64,000 nucleotides of DNA from Lama glama (Eukaryota): NCBI GenBank assembly GCA_028534125.1, contig CM052817.1, positions 35,404,001 through 35,468,000 on the forward strand. The letters are read 5' to 3'. Below, in pieces: positions 27,746 through 40,654 of this stretch (its first letter is position 1; each line of letters starts with the position of its first letter). Under the pieces are notes generated by a model that saw only the letters and a list, made by a program, of their open reading frames with translations, was not told the origin of the DNA and did not search any database. A program made the translations under genes and the position numbers.

Positions 27746-28056
27746 CAGTTGGCGCTCCATGCTCGGGAGTTCCGTATCTGCAGATTCAACCAATCGTGGG
27801 TCAAAAGATACTTGAAAAAAAAATTTCTGGAAAGCTCTCAAAAGCAAAACTTGAATTTGCCCAGTGCTCTAGCAACTATTTACGCAGTATTTGCATTGTA
27901 TTAGATATTATAAGTAATCTAGAGATAATATAAAATATATGGGGGATGTGCTGAGATTATATGCAAATACGATGCTATTTTCTATGAGGGACTTGAGCGT
28001 CCAAGCATTTTGGTATCTGCAGAGGTCTTGGAACCAATCCTCCAAGGGATAACTAT
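27746..28056 (-). mobile_element. MER2B-like (Tigger-derived) DNA transposon
   Basis: TA-cagttgg..gattcaaccaa..aaagcaaaacttgaatttgcc..agtaatctagagat..ggacttgagc..ggaaccaatcc..TA. Confidence 0.8.
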
Positions 28057-28309
28057 ACACAGGATCAGCTCTGGCACCACGTACAGCATCGCTGAGAGAA
28101 AACTCTAGCAGGGAGACTGAGCGGAGACTGGCAACTACAGAAAACTTCAGATAAGTAAGGATACGAAAAATCGCGTAGGTCTGTGGAATGGAGGAAGCCC
28201 TGACAAGAAAGGACAGGGAAGTAACAAGCAGAGGCATGTGTATCTGCCCCTTGTGACTAGTGGAAACCAGCTATCTTCCTAGGATTATGTGAAGTAGAAA
28301 GCACAAGGC

Positions 28310-28855
28310 TTAAATATAAGCTCAACAAATTTTTACATATATACATACACCTTTGAAACCACCAACCAAATCAGTAAAGAACATTTTCATCTTCCCAGAA
28401 AATTCTCTCTTGCCTTTCCTCACTCAGAAGTAGCCCCTGTTCTTATTTATGTCACTGTCAATTAGTTTTGCCTGTTCTTGAACCTCATATGAGTCATACA
28501 GCATTTGTGTGTAGCTTTTTTGCATGGCATGTTTTTGAGATCCATCCATATTGTTATGTGTATCACTAGTTAGTTCTTCTATTATTGCTGAGTAGTATTT
28601 CATCATATAAATACACCATAATGCTTATCCACTCGTCTGTTGATGGACATTTGGGTTGTTTACAATTTGGGGCTATTACAGATAAAGCTGTTATGAAGAT
28701 TGGGGTACATGTCTTTTCATAGACATACGCATTCATTTTTCCTGGGAATGTACCTAGGACTGGAATTTCTGGGTCATAGGGTAGATATATCTTTAACTTC
28801 AGTAGATACTGCCAAACAGTTTTTCAGAGGTGGTTGTATTGTTTTACACTTTCAT
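28310..28855 (-). mobile_element. Old L1M 3' fragment
   Basis: tgttgatggacatttgggttgtttacaatttggggctatt..ggaatttctgggtcatagggtag. Confidence 0.8.
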
Positions 28856-29919
28856 TAACAGTGAGGACTCCAGTGGTGGTTTTGAGATGAAAAGAAAGTC
28901 AGCAAATACCTTAACCTGGGCCAAGTTCCTGGCAGCATAAAATTTGCAAGGACCTGTGGGATACGAACTAGCAGTGCTGCCCAGTTGAGTGACGAAAGAA
29001 AAACAGTAAAAACAGAGGCCGGGGAGGGCACCTGTAACTGTCCCACCCCAGCCAGTGCCAGCAGGAAGGAAACCCTGTAGCTATTTTGGGGTCGTTTCCT
29101 AGCATGGACATTAGCTAGTTAAAAAGGAAAGGGATTTGACAGAATGTGAGTTACTGAAGTTGTTTCCAATTAACCTGTTGGAAAACAGTATTACCAAAAA
29201 AAAAAAAAAAAAAGCAAGGCAAGTAGCAATGTTTCTCATATTTACTGGGCAGGAGAGCTGATTAAAAATACAGAATTTGCATTTTCAAAGCAATACCCCA
29301 GCATTGGTGTTCCAAAAACTACTCCAAAGTAAAAAAACCAAAAACCAAAACATGAAGATGGCTCTGAAACATTGCTCAGAGGTTCAGCAAGGCTTTCACA
29401 CAACGTGCGCTGGGGATAATAGCACGAATATTCCTGTCTCACTTTCCATCATATCACCTTGTTGACACTGACCTTTTTGACCCTTAAATGTTCCATTGCA
29501 TATCCTTTTAAACACATCAACATTGGGAGAAAGCTTCTACCATTCACTTTGTCCCCTGGGGTTCTTCCTCCCAGTAAAACAGGGTTTAAAAGTGAGAGGT
29601 GGCTTCTTTCCTCCCTTCCCTCATTACCAAGGAGGATCATCACCATAAGTACCTGTAGCCCCCTTTTAAAAGGACTTACTGTAAGTATCAATATTGAAGC
29701 AGTGAGGAGATCTCAAAAATTACTGATACAGCACTGCAAAGTTAAAATTATTTCAGCACATAGTAGGTACTTGATGCATGTTGAGGGGACTATATTTATT
29801 TCATTAAAAAATGTATTTAGTGCCAATTATGTGCCAGGCATGATGCTAGAGCAAGGACTACCATGGTAGAAAAGACAGGAGATTTCTGTTTTCAAGAGGG
29901 TTTCATTCTAATGGGGAAC

Positions 29920-30330
29920 TGTATTAGTCAGGGTGGGATACCTTCTCTAACAAAAACACACAAACATCTAATTCTCAGTAGCTTAGCGCAATAAAAAATG
30001 GATTCTTCACACATTTCGTCTCAGTCTGATTTGGATTGGTAAGAGGAGAGATGTTCTGCTCCATCTTGTCATTGGGGGCCTCACTCCTTCTCATTCTTTT
30101 ATGCCCGCAAAGCCCTTTCCATTCAGCCAGCAGATTGGGAAGAGAGATACAAGACTGCACAGGCAGTTCTCACGATCAGGGCAAGCCTGGAAGTGGCAGG
30201 CTTCACTTTACCCACGTTGCATTGACCAGGCTGAGTCATGTGGCCACACCTAACTACAGAGGAAGTTGGAAAACGTAGCTGAGTACACAGAAGAGAAAGG
30301 ACAGAGTTTAGTGAACAAACGGTCTACTGC
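29920..30330 (-). mobile_element. MLT1-family LTR
   Basis: tgtattagtcaggg start; agtcatgtggccacacctaactacagaggaagttggaaa. Confidence 0.7.
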
Positions 30331-30639
30331 AGGGGTAAACAGGGAGGTGTAATCTGCTGTGAAAAGTGCTGTCGTCTGGGGAGGTAAAGTGTGCTTGATA
30401 ATAGACAAGAAGGACACCTAACCCGGACTGGGTGTGGGCAGAGGGAATATCCTAAAGGATCCGATGCCTAAGCTGGGACAGGAAAAAAATGTTAATTTCT
30501 TTCCAGAATATGGTAACTTGGCCCCTAATGACAATTTATTTAAATCCAAAAAACTTTTTCTTCCCCAGAGTAACCATTAGAAAATAATAAGCCATTTCCT
30601 GGGTTACTCGTGTTCTCTGCTTTAAGAAGAAATGGCATA

Positions 30640-31262
30640 ACATGGCATGCACTGGTGGCTGACTGCTCAAAAGCCATTCCTGCCTGCCTTCTTTGATAAG
30701 AAAATGCAGATTTTCTTCAGCCATCAAGCAACAGTGTGTTCTAGGAAAATGGATTCTGGGAAACGGACTGTAATTAGTCTAAGGCAACCGTGGTAGTAAT
30801 AGCTCACCTTTCATTCACTTGGCAAATATTTTATGTGCCCCTCTGTGCCAGTCTGTTCAAAGTGCTGTCTTTGCCAGTTATAAGCATGGGGTAGGCACAT
30901 AGCCCAACTATGGACAATGAGGGGTAAGGGGAAGATTGTTGGGGGGCTTCTGGTAAAGGCTTTTCCTCCCTAAAAAAAAAAGAGATGAAAATTACGTGAA
31001 GAAAAAGCAGGGGTTTTCCTCCTTCATCTGGATGGTGTCATGTGGGATGTGATGCTTGGAACTGGGGCAGTAATCTTGCGACCATGAGGAGAAAGAGAAG
31101 AGAATTTCAGAGAGGATGACCCAGCACTCTGGCCTAGTTCGGTGGCCAAATTAGCCAAACCTGGAATCACCTACCTTTCTCATATGAGCAAATAGAAAGC
31201 CTGGATAAGACAATTTCAGTTGGATATTCACTTACTTGTAGCCAAAAGCATCCTAGCAAATA
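30640..31262 (+). mobile_element. MLT1-family LTR
   Basis: gatgtgatgcttggaact..atcttgcgaccatgagg..tacttgtagccaaaagcatcct. Confidence 0.65.
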
Positions 31263-32209
31263 TGTATAATTTCGTTGGCGTTGCTTGTTTTGGATTAGAA
31301 TGAGTGAATATTTTAGTAAATGGATGAAGAATCTGATATTTTTCATTTTCTTCTCAGCTGTGTTATTTGATCATAGAGGAATTTATATCCCAGGCATCTT
31401 TATGGGAAAAGCCCTCTTCCTTGATCTGTCTCCTCCTTTGGCTACTGCAGATCCCCTAACTGGAAGTTGACGTGTTTGGCAGCAAAGTCACATTCCCTTC
31501 TGGGCCCCCTAGCTGTGTGCCCCTTGGGGAGCGCTCCAAAATGGGGGGGGGGTAATGTAGGAGAGACAGCTTCTCATTTGAAGAATTGTCTTTGTTTCTA
31601 CGAACTTCATAGGGAGGTTCATTCCTCCCTTCCTCCCTCAACTCCCTGCCTCCCTTTCTCTCTCTCTCTTTCACACCCTCATTCTCCCTCTCTTTCTTTT
31701 TCTTTCCTTCTTTTGCTGCAGATGCGTTGGGCTGTGAGCTGTACTCTTTGTGACCTGTAAGAGTGTTGGAGGCTCCCTGAAACTTGTTCAAACCAGAAAC
31801 CTGGCAAACCCCATGTTCTAATTCAAAGCTTCCTGGCTGAACTCAGTGGAACTCCAGCTAAAAGGAATTAAGTCGGTAAGCCAGTGATATTTGAAATGAA
31901 TAATGGAGATATTTGGGGATAAGCTTTAATTTTGGAATAAGTATGTCAGCAAAAGTATAGCTTTTGCTGGAATGATTTGGCATAAAGTTGCAAATATTTA
32001 AGATGCCACTTGGCTTCTCACCATCTTGATGCCAGTACAGGGGATGTTTTTCTCACACCCTGTGAGATTTGGGTGCTAATGCCTGTTTGCTCTGATTATT
32101 ACATTGTTGATCTAAAAGATTATCATCATCCTTTTGGGACTTCTCATCTCTGCCATTTCTTATGTCATTGGTTATTTTGACTAATAGCTGTAAGTTGAGG
32201 GAAAAAATC

Positions 32210-32690
32210 GTATTGGTCAGGCTACTGACAAGAAATAGGTGGCGGCGGTAATTAGGACAGTTTAATGAAAGGACTCTGCAAAGAAGTGAGGAGTATTAAG
32301 GGAAACCAACAAGAGATAGTGAAACTGGGACTAAACAGTTCCCACCTCTAGGATTAGAGTGGGTCAAGGAGAGGGAGAGGTTACTGGAAGCTGGAGAGAC
32401 TTGCAGCTGTGGAAAGGGCCTCCTGACAGAAGCTGTGGCCTTGGCTAGAAGAAAATAGTCACGTCAAACCATGACTCCGGATGGACGTAAACTAGAAAAA
32501 AATGCCCTGACCTTTCTCTACTCTTATTCTCTGATCTTCTGCTAGTGACTGTCATTGGCTAAACCCCAGCAGAACTTGAGGGCAAGGGAGCATGGTTGAG
32601 GTATCTGTAATGTCATTCTCCTTGGCCACAAAGTAGAGTAGAAAAGGGTGGAGAGTGAATATAGAAGGGAAAATAGGACTATCCATTTGT
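32210..32690 (-). mobile_element. ERVL-type LTR (LTR33/LTR41-like)
   Basis: tattggtcagg..agtttaatgaaaggact..agggaaaccaacaagagatag..cattggctaaacccc..agaacttgagggcaagggagc. Confidence 0.55.
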
Positions 32691-32830
32691 GTGCCTTCAT
32701 TTTCCTTGTCAATAACTTTAGAACCAGTTGCTAAGTAGGTAGATCCTAGATTCATTCTTTAATCTGTGTGTCTTGATTGCTTAGGATACAAGCTAGGCTC
32801 TACAATGAGAGATCCCCAATACTGTGACTT

Positions 32831-33000
32831 TTTAAAACATTTATTAATATTTTATTTATTTTTGTATTACTTATTTTGTGTTGATGGGGGAGGTAAGTAG
32901 GTTGTTTATTTTTAGAGAAGGTACTGGGGATTGAACTCAGGACCTCGTGCATGCTAAGCATGTGCTCTACCACTTGGGCTACAACCCCCCCCCGCCCCCA
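32831..33000 (-). mobile_element. tRNA-Ala-derived SINE (Vic-type) with perfect 15-bp TSD
   Basis: TSD ccaatactgtgactt at 32816-32830 and 33001-33015. tRNA-Ala-like head (gtagcccaagtggtagagcacatgcttagcatgcacgaggtcctgagttcaatcccc). Confidence 0.92.
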
Positions 33001-33958
33001 CCAATACTGTGACTTAATCAATATGGAAGTTTATTTCTCTGTCAGTTCTCTTCCTGTATAGAAGTCCAGGGCTGGTGCAATGACTTGATGGTGTTGAATG
33101 CTTTGTTAGGTATTAGTTCTGCTGAAAAAGTATTTCCAGTTTTCTTCCTCTGGAAATAAGGAAGAAATGTGTTTCTCTGCCCCCACAGGGTTAGATGTGG
33201 TCTTGCAATTTGCTTTGGTCAGTGAAATGAGTGTGAGATGTGTCGCAGAAGTATTTAGTTGCCAATGCAGGGCTCTCTTGCTCTCGTTTTCTCTTTCACT
33301 GAAATTTGTGGAAACGCTGTTGATATGAAGGACAGCCGTCCTGAAAAGTTTTTCAGAGCTGCAGCGTATTTGTGGAAGTGAGAAATAAAGCATTGCTTTT
33401 AAGCCACTGAGATTGGATGCTGGTTGTTAGCGCAGCTAAACCTGACATTTCCTGACTAATACAGAGACTCAGGCTCTTTCTGTTTTGTTGCCCTGCAGAG
33501 CCTAAGGGGTTGTTGTCACCTACATGATCTGTGATGTCTCATTACCACAGTCACATTCTAGCTTCAGGGAAGTGGGAAGGAAACACAGGAAAGCACACTT
33601 ACCCTTTTTAGGGGCGTGACCCGGAAGTAGCACACATCACTTCACTGGCCACGTCTAGGGTTTTAGTTATCTATTGCTGCACAAGAAGTTATCCCAAAGC
33701 TTAGCAGATTAAAACAACAGACATCTATTCTAGCAAACAATTCCAGCAGCATCTTAGTTCACCAGTTGTGGCTCAGGGGCTGCAGTTATCTGACACTAGA
33801 CAGGGGATGGAGGATATACTTCCCAACTCACTTACATGGTTGTTGGCAAAACTCTGTCCTCACTGGCTGCTGTCAGAAGACTTTGGTTCCTTGCCATGTG
33901 GGTCTCTACATAGGGCTGCTTCACCTGGCAACTGCCTTTCCCCAGAGCAACTGATCCC

Positions 33959-34000
33959 AGAGAGAGAGAGAGAGAGATAGAGAGAGAGAAGGAGAGAGAG
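33959..34000. repeat. (GA)n microsatellite
   Basis: Interrupted AG run inside an MLT1. Confidence 0.9.
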
Positions 34001-35459
34001 AAGCTACCGTGTCTTTTAGAAACTAACTTCAGAAGTGACACATCATCATTTCTGCTTTTTCACTGGTCAGACCGACTCAGACCGACTCTGGTTCAGGGTG
34101 TGAAGGGCCTCTGCAAATGTGTGAATGCCAGGAGGCAGAGCTCGCTGGAGGCTGGCTAAAACTTAACTCTATGAGAGGTGAGAAAATTTAGTCTTTAGCT
34201 GGGAGGCCACTCTCCTCAGATAAAACTACATGAAGCAGGAGAGAAGGGCTAAGGAGACACCCAGGATTCCCTACCCCAGCCCTCCCCTCTGGGAAAGGGG
34301 ACATAAACATGCACATGGCATCTTCTTCTCATCCATGAGCACACATTCCACATCCTGAAAAGACTCTGTGCTTCTGGATTGTGGCTCCTCGGCTATGCCC
34401 TAAGGTTTCTTATCCTTGGTGTCACTCTATCCAGAAACTTGCCTTCCCTACCCCCAGACAATGCCAAATTTCCAAGCAAAATGCTTTTTAAAAAAGGAAT
34501 GGAGAGAGGGAGCTTCCATCTGGAAGAAAGAGAAAATCCTTCTGCATGGCGAATCTGGAACTCCAAAGATGAGTCATATGAACTATGAGTCAGATTGTCA
34601 CCGTAGTTAAGTAGTTGGATGAGTTACGTAAACTGAGATTCAAGTCCAATGTTTCTCATAGCTTTCTAAGTTTAAGTGGTAAACTCTTACTAGAAGGCAC
34701 ACTGAAATTTCTGCTTACAGAAGTATATTCTCCATGCAGCAGTGTGGGAATGTTTGTAAGAGCACAGCTGATCATGAAGGCGAAGGGAGAAGCTCTCTAG
34801 AAACCTCTGCTTCCTCATGCCCACAGTTGTCCATAGAGACCACACCACTGAAGCACCAGGCTTCATAAAACCAAGAAATCTTCTCCTGCCTTGTCAATCC
34901 AGGCAGTGGCCAATGTCCCACATCCCTGCCTGACTTATGTGCACGTCACTCTACCTCTTAGTACGTTCACTGTGGGAAACGAGTATGAAGTTTTCAATTA
35001 TTCTTCTTACTGCCATTATTTTTGCTGGTTACTTTGGCATTGAGTGTGGGCAGGGATACATTTGACACAGTTGGTGTGAGGTTTTGAAAATGACCGTTTA
35101 GTGGGCAGTGGACTATGTGGAACAAGATTTCTACACGGAGATGGACGGGGAAGAGTAGCAAAATGTCCCCAAGAAGGTAACAAATCATATCTACCCTACA
35201 TTTGGACTTAATTTAAAAAAATGTGCTTAATGTCCTTAAATTATCTACTTGTCAGTGGTCATCTTTCCCTTTAATATGTAAAAATAATCCTTTTCTCAAG
35301 TCCCCATCAACTGAGAAATGTCTGGTACTCTGTCCAGTTATTTTCAAGGTCTGTTGGCTTGTGGATTCCTGGCTCTTTTACTCTAATTCCTGGATTCTTA
35401 ATTCCCTTAGTGGCCAATATTCCTCTGTCCATGCATTCCTCTCTTCCTTTCTTTACTTT

Positions 35460-36020
35460 GCCATTAGTCAGAACTCTTGCTGTAAATGACAGACACACAC
35501 CAAGAAGGGAATTCAGTAGTTCACAGAGCTGGGAAGGGTCAGGTCACCCAAGGGAAGAGTGGACCTGGCCTCCCTCTCTCTCTGTCTCTCTAACTTCCAT
35601 CTCTGCCTGGCTTCATTCTCTCCTATTGAAGAGTACCCATCTCTATGTGGCTGGTGGACAGCTGCCTGCAACCCCAGGCCTCCATCCTCACCACTCTCCA
35701 TGCGCAAGGATAATCGAGAACTACCCTTCCAGGTCCAACTGGGAAAACTCTGGTGAGGGACTTTGATTGGCCCAGCTTAGGTCAAGGTCCCATACCTTGG
35801 TTGAGTCCCTGTGTGGCAAGGTACATGGCTTGGTGATTGGCCGGCCTGGGTCATGTGTCTAACTCTGCGTAGGAGGGGGAAATCTGGGACACTGTGGTTA
35901 ACTGCTCTACTGGGACCATGTGAAGTGGGAGGGGTTTCCCAAATGTAGAGTGGTGCTGTTACCCCCCTACAAGAAGACAGCGGACAGAAACAAGCGCTGC
36001 TGCATCCACTGTGTGCCACA
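35460..36020 (-). mobile_element. Old MLT1 (K/L-like) LTR
   Basis: ctttgattggcccagcttaggtca..tgattggccggcctgggtcatgtg. Confidence 0.65.
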
Positions 36021-36224
36021 AACAGCTCAAGCAGCTCCTTCCCTGGCCCCGAAGCATCGCCAGTGCAAGGCCATTTTGGGCAATAGTGCTTTCCTAAAGA
36101 CAGAGGATAACCAAGAGCAGTGACAGGATGGTGACAGCAGGCCCGACGCTAGACAGGTGTTAATTATTTGACATTCTACTTTATTTTAAAGATCTGAACT
36201 CCTTGATGGCTTTCACAGAAAGGT

Positions 36225-36328
36225 TTTTTATCATTATTATTATTATTTTTTTAAATGGAGGTACTGGGAGTTGAACCCAGGACCTCTTGCATGCTAAGCA
36301 CGCACTCCACCACTGAGCTATACCCTCC
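36225..36328 (-). mobile_element. Short-form tRNA-Ala(AGC)-derived SINE / tRNA retropseudogene
   Basis: 72-nt tRNA-Ala-like unit (36327-36256) followed directly by an A/AAT-rich tail. Mismatches in acceptor and anticodon stems. Confidence 0.85.
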
Positions 36329-36649
36329 TTGCTGAATATTTCACATTTTAAAGTCCCTGAGGCAACTCCCCCAGCCTTCTGGGTCAGCTGACAAGCTGCT
36401 GGAGCCAGCGCGCCCTCACCACATCACTCTCCTCCACTTCTCCTCTCAGTGCCTGAGGGGCCCAGGTAGCCTCCTACCTGGGCATCCGTAAGACACAGTC
36501 CTAAATTCCTGCTACTTTCTTATGCACAGCCACTGAATTCTTCATTTTGTTTCTCCTTCTAGACCTACATTTCATAGCCAAGAAAATTCATCAAGGTGTT
36601 TTCAAAAATAGAAGAGCAAATTCCCTAGAAAGAACCCTTCTAAGAATAT

Positions 36650-37607
36650 GGTGATATTGTGACTTATAATAAGAAATATGTATTTGGTCTTCATCTTGCT
36701 CCTGGCTTGCAGCTCCTAAAACCCTTGTAATTTCCTAAGTGATAAGAATAACATCTTTTGTTATAGTATTTGGTCTTTTGTCCTCAAATAGCTCCAGTTC
36801 CTGAAATAGCGCCATAGTGATAAAGGTGAGGGGAGTGTCTTGTTATTCACAGCAATCACACCTGAGTTTGTGTTTAGGCCGTGGTTTTTGGAAAGCCCCT
36901 AGATAACCACAGGATGGAGGCTGGTTGCCAGGGGAACCAGCGATTAGGTAGTTGAAACTTTCAGCCCCACATCTCCACCCTCCACCACCAGGAAGGGGAG
37001 AGGGGCTGAGGATTGCGTTTAATTGTAAATGGCCAATGGTTTAATCAGCTGTGCCTACATAATGAGGCCTCCATAAAAAAAATCCTTAGCACAGGGTTGA
37101 GAGAGCTTCTGCCTTGGTGAACACATGGAGATGCTGGGAGGGTGGTGCGCTCAAAGGGCGTGGAAGCTCCACATCCTTCCCCCATACCTCGCCCTGTGCA
37201 TCTCTTCCATCTGGCTGTTCCTGTGTTACATCCTTTTTAATAAACTGGTAGTGTGGTAAGTAAACTGTTTTCCCGAGTTCTGTGAGCTGCTCTGGCAAAT
37301 CAGCCCCACCCGAGAAGAGGGTCATGGAAACCTCCAGTTTACAGCCAATCAATCAGAAATGCAGGTAACAGCCTGGGCTTGCAATGGGCCTCTGCAGAGG
37401 GGGGCAATCTGATGGGACAGAGCCCTTAACCTGTGGGATCTGATGCTGACTCCAGGGAGACAGTGTCAGAGCTGAGCTGAATTGTAGGGCACCCAACTGG
37501 TGTCACAGAATTGCTGTGGAGGGAGGGGAAATGCCGCATATCCGGTGTCAGAAGTGAAATATTCTGAGTGTGGTAGTAGAGAAAAATAAGAATTTTTGCC
37601 TTACACA
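36650..37607 (+). mobile_element. MER21-family solo LTR, near full length
   Basis: gtgatattgtga..aataagaaatat..agctcctaaaaccctt..ctcgccctgtgcatctcttccatctggctgttc..aataaactgg..cttaacctgtgggatctgatgct..ggtgtcagaagtg..caca. Confidence 0.85.
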
Positions 37608-37809
37608 TCCTCTCAGAGCAATGGTTCAAACTGCAGCTACCTGCTAACATGGTTTCTTCTGCCTATTCTGTGTGTATTTATGCACTGAAAACATGCCTTA
37701 CCCAAAAATATTAAGGTGAATATTAGGGTTACCTCAGCATGGTAGCATCATTGTTAATTTTTATGGGTTTTGTTGTTTTTATTGTGTTTGTTTGGTTTTT
37801 GCTTACCTC

Positions 37810-38130
37810 TGTTTCTACAATTAACCAATGAAAGTGGTGCCACTCAAGGAGAAAAGGAGAGAGCCTGCTGCCTCTGTACCTTTTAGCAAGAAACATAAAA
37901 CTCTTCCCTGAAGTCTTCTACCCCTGAGCCACCTCCCCCCCACCCCGCTTCAACCTAAACTCATTGGCCAGACTGTGTCACGTGACCGCCAGAGCCTGGC
38001 GTGGGGATGGAAAAGGGAGTAGTAGTTTGGTTTTCCAGCCTCAGTAGGGAGAGGCAACAGAGAGAGGGGTTGGGAATAATTATCAGGCTGAGCAACCAAC
38101 AGTGTCCGCAGCAGAACTAAGACACAGTGA
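37810..38130 (-). mobile_element. Old MLT1 LTR fragment
   Basis: tcattggccagactgtgtcacgtgacc..aggctgagcaaccaacagtgtc. Confidence 0.55.
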
Positions 38131-38309
38131 AAACAGAGGGGGCTGTGCAGAGTTTTCTCAGTCTGGTGTGGTGTTACCGCTTTGCTCTGTGACCCTGGGG
38201 GTCCAGAAGAGACTCCTGACAATAAAACTTAGAGCTCTGGGTTCTCCTTAAGATTTATCTCTGCTGTCAAAATAACCTTGCCCCACCTTCATTAGTACTT
38301 TGTGGCAAT

Positions 38310-38545
38310 AGTAATTTTTTTTTAATTTCAGTAATATGTTTTATTTACCCCCATATAGCCAAAATACTATGATTTCCACATGCAATCAATAGAAAAATTA
38401 TTAATGCAATATCTTAGATTTTCTTCTTTCATAAGGCTCTGACATCTGTATTTTGCATTTACAACACATCTCAGTTTGGACTAGCCACATTTCAAGTGTT
38501 CACCAGCCACAGACGGCTAGTGGCTACCAAGCTGGACTGCACTGC
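38310..38545. mobile_element. MER33/MER3-like hAT-Charlie element
   Basis: acatctcagtttggactagccacatttcaagtg..ggctagtggctacc..tggac. Confidence 0.8.
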
Positions 38546-39811
38546 AAGCCCTAGAGAGAGCTGACCTAAAGTTAGAGGGGCTCTAAAAAGATACTGATCT
38601 AGAGTTAAGGCGCTTGACAGTATTAGCAATAGTAATTATCATCACTATTTGCAAAGTGCTTTTATTTTTTGGTAGAGTGTTGCTGTCCTTGTATTACAGT
38701 TGAAAAAGTAAACTCAAGGTTAATTTGATAACAAATTCACATTTAAAAGGGCACTGACTATTTCCCTGCCCCGCAGTGCAGAGGCAGAGGCTCAGGTACA
38801 TTCAAGATTTCGCTCCACCTGCTAAACACCGTTTCAACCTCATTAACGCTGATGACAACGAGAAAGTCGGGGAATGGGCCTGCCTCTGTAAAACTGACAG
38901 AGAGGAAAACCCGGCAAAGTGGTCGGTTGCAATTGTGTGGAAGTTAAGGGCTATGGCAAAGACTCTCAGGCCGAGGACTTCAATTGCAGGAAATGAACAA
39001 ATACAAAACTCGGGTCTAGTTAAATACATATAATTAGTTAATTAAAAGATATAATCCTCATTCAATTAAAACACTCAATCCTCATTCCCTCCCAGCACCT
39101 GCCATTCAAGGACTCTTGACTCTTGGGCCTGATAAGCACAGGAAGTGATCCTTGTGTCATAAATGTGCTTCTCAGCTCCAAGCTAAAGGCACATTCTCTG
39201 CCCAGCTGGTTAACTCTTCTTGTCCTGCATAGCTTGTTCTTGAATCATATCTCTGGTGTGTTGCAAAGACTTCTGACCTGGGGCTTAGACCTGGTTTAGC
39301 ATCTCTCTCATTGCTGGGCATGGGCAAATCTCCATGCTCTGTCTGGATCTGCTTTGCCCACAGTCATCTTAGCAGCACATTTTTTCCCTGTTAGCCTGTT
39401 TCTATGGACACGCTTTGAAAGGTAAAGAATGTTCTCTCCATGCAGATATTTGTGATATACGCACATTCCTGCCTCATCCACACCTTCTCCCTCCTTTCTT
39501 TCCAGAAAGTGATGTCAGCATCCAGCCCTGTGCTGACAGATGCTCAGACCACTGCTAATTAGGCTGCAGAAGAGCATGCCAGATGAGGCTGTTCTGTTCA
39601 GCCCTTGGTTCACTGTGTATTGTTTAGAGAAGGAATGTTTTAAGGTAGAGGAAGAGGAAGCTTGCCAAGGATGTTTAATGTGATCTTGTAAACATTTGTT
39701 TTGTGAATAACTGTTAATGTTTCTTATTCTGGGCTCTTTATTTTAAAGAACTGAAAAGACTGGGCCTGCATTGTAGGTAAGAGTTCAGAAGTGTACACCT
39801 GCATCATCCTG

Positions 39812-40308
39812 GGCTGGGTTGGCAGGCACTACTTGTGGCCTTTCCAATATCCATCCTCCCCTTCTTTCTTACCAACAGAACCTGAGTTTTGCTCAAGGCA
39901 GTACTATGCCCAATTAAAAAGGCTCACCTTCCTAGACTCCCTTGCACTTAAGAGTGGCCATGTGACCCAATTCTGGCCAATGAGATGTAGGTGGAAGTTG
40001 TTAGGTGGGGACCTCCAGGAAGCCTGTTTTAAAGGGGAGAGTCTTAGCTGGCATTTGCCCTTTGCTTTTTCCTTTTTCACGTGAAATGCATCCATCTTGT
40101 CTCCATGAACATAAGAGCCTCATGCTAAAAATAGGAACGTAGGAAGATAAAATGACCACAGGTCCTTGGCAACCCTAGGGAGCAACCTGCCTGCTGATGC
40201 CTTATGTAAAATCAATCAATTAATCAGTTAAACAAACAGACAAAAAGCCTATTTGGTTAACCTGTTGTACTCAACTTACTGTTCCGCGCAAACAATCTTA
40301 ACTGATAG
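39812..40308 (+). mobile_element. MLT1 (J-like) LTR
   Basis: cttcctagactcccttgca..gtggccatgtgacccaattctggccaatgagatgta..tcttaactgata. Confidence 0.7.
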
Positions 40309-40372
40309 GCTGCTAGGGCGTTTAATGTGCTGTGATAGAAAATGTGTACAAATCGACTGTAGAGTCCTTTAG

Positions 40373-40545
40373 AACAGTGCTGCTCAGGCTTTCATGTGCA
40401 TTTCCACCACTTGGAGAGCTTGTTAAAAATGCAGATTCTGATTCAGTAGGTCTGGTTTGGAGTCTGGGATTCTGCACTTCTCACAAGCTTGCAGCTAATG
40501 CTGATGATGCCAGCCCTGGACCACACTGTAAGGAGCAAAGATTTA
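40373..40545. mobile_element. MER5A-like DNA transposon just 3' of HOPX
   Basis: gagcttgttaaaaatgcagattctgattcagtaggtctgg..ctgatgatgcc..ggaccacact. Confidence 0.8.
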
Positions 40546-40654
40546 GAAAATGACAGCTCTTTTGTCAGGCTGCTCCTCTGTTGAGCTATTCTGTTTTTCT
40601 TTGATATGCTGATTATTCAGTTAAAAAAGTCTGTAGAGGACTCACTCAATGCAT

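Larger units (their letters stand above)
32775..34250. mobile_element. Nested MLT1 (MaLR) LTR cluster
   Basis: Antisense MLT1 starting ~32775 is interrupted by a SINE, a sense MLT1 (~33105-33462, ends ..tgactaataca) and another antisense MLT1 (~33660-34160). Confidence 0.65.
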
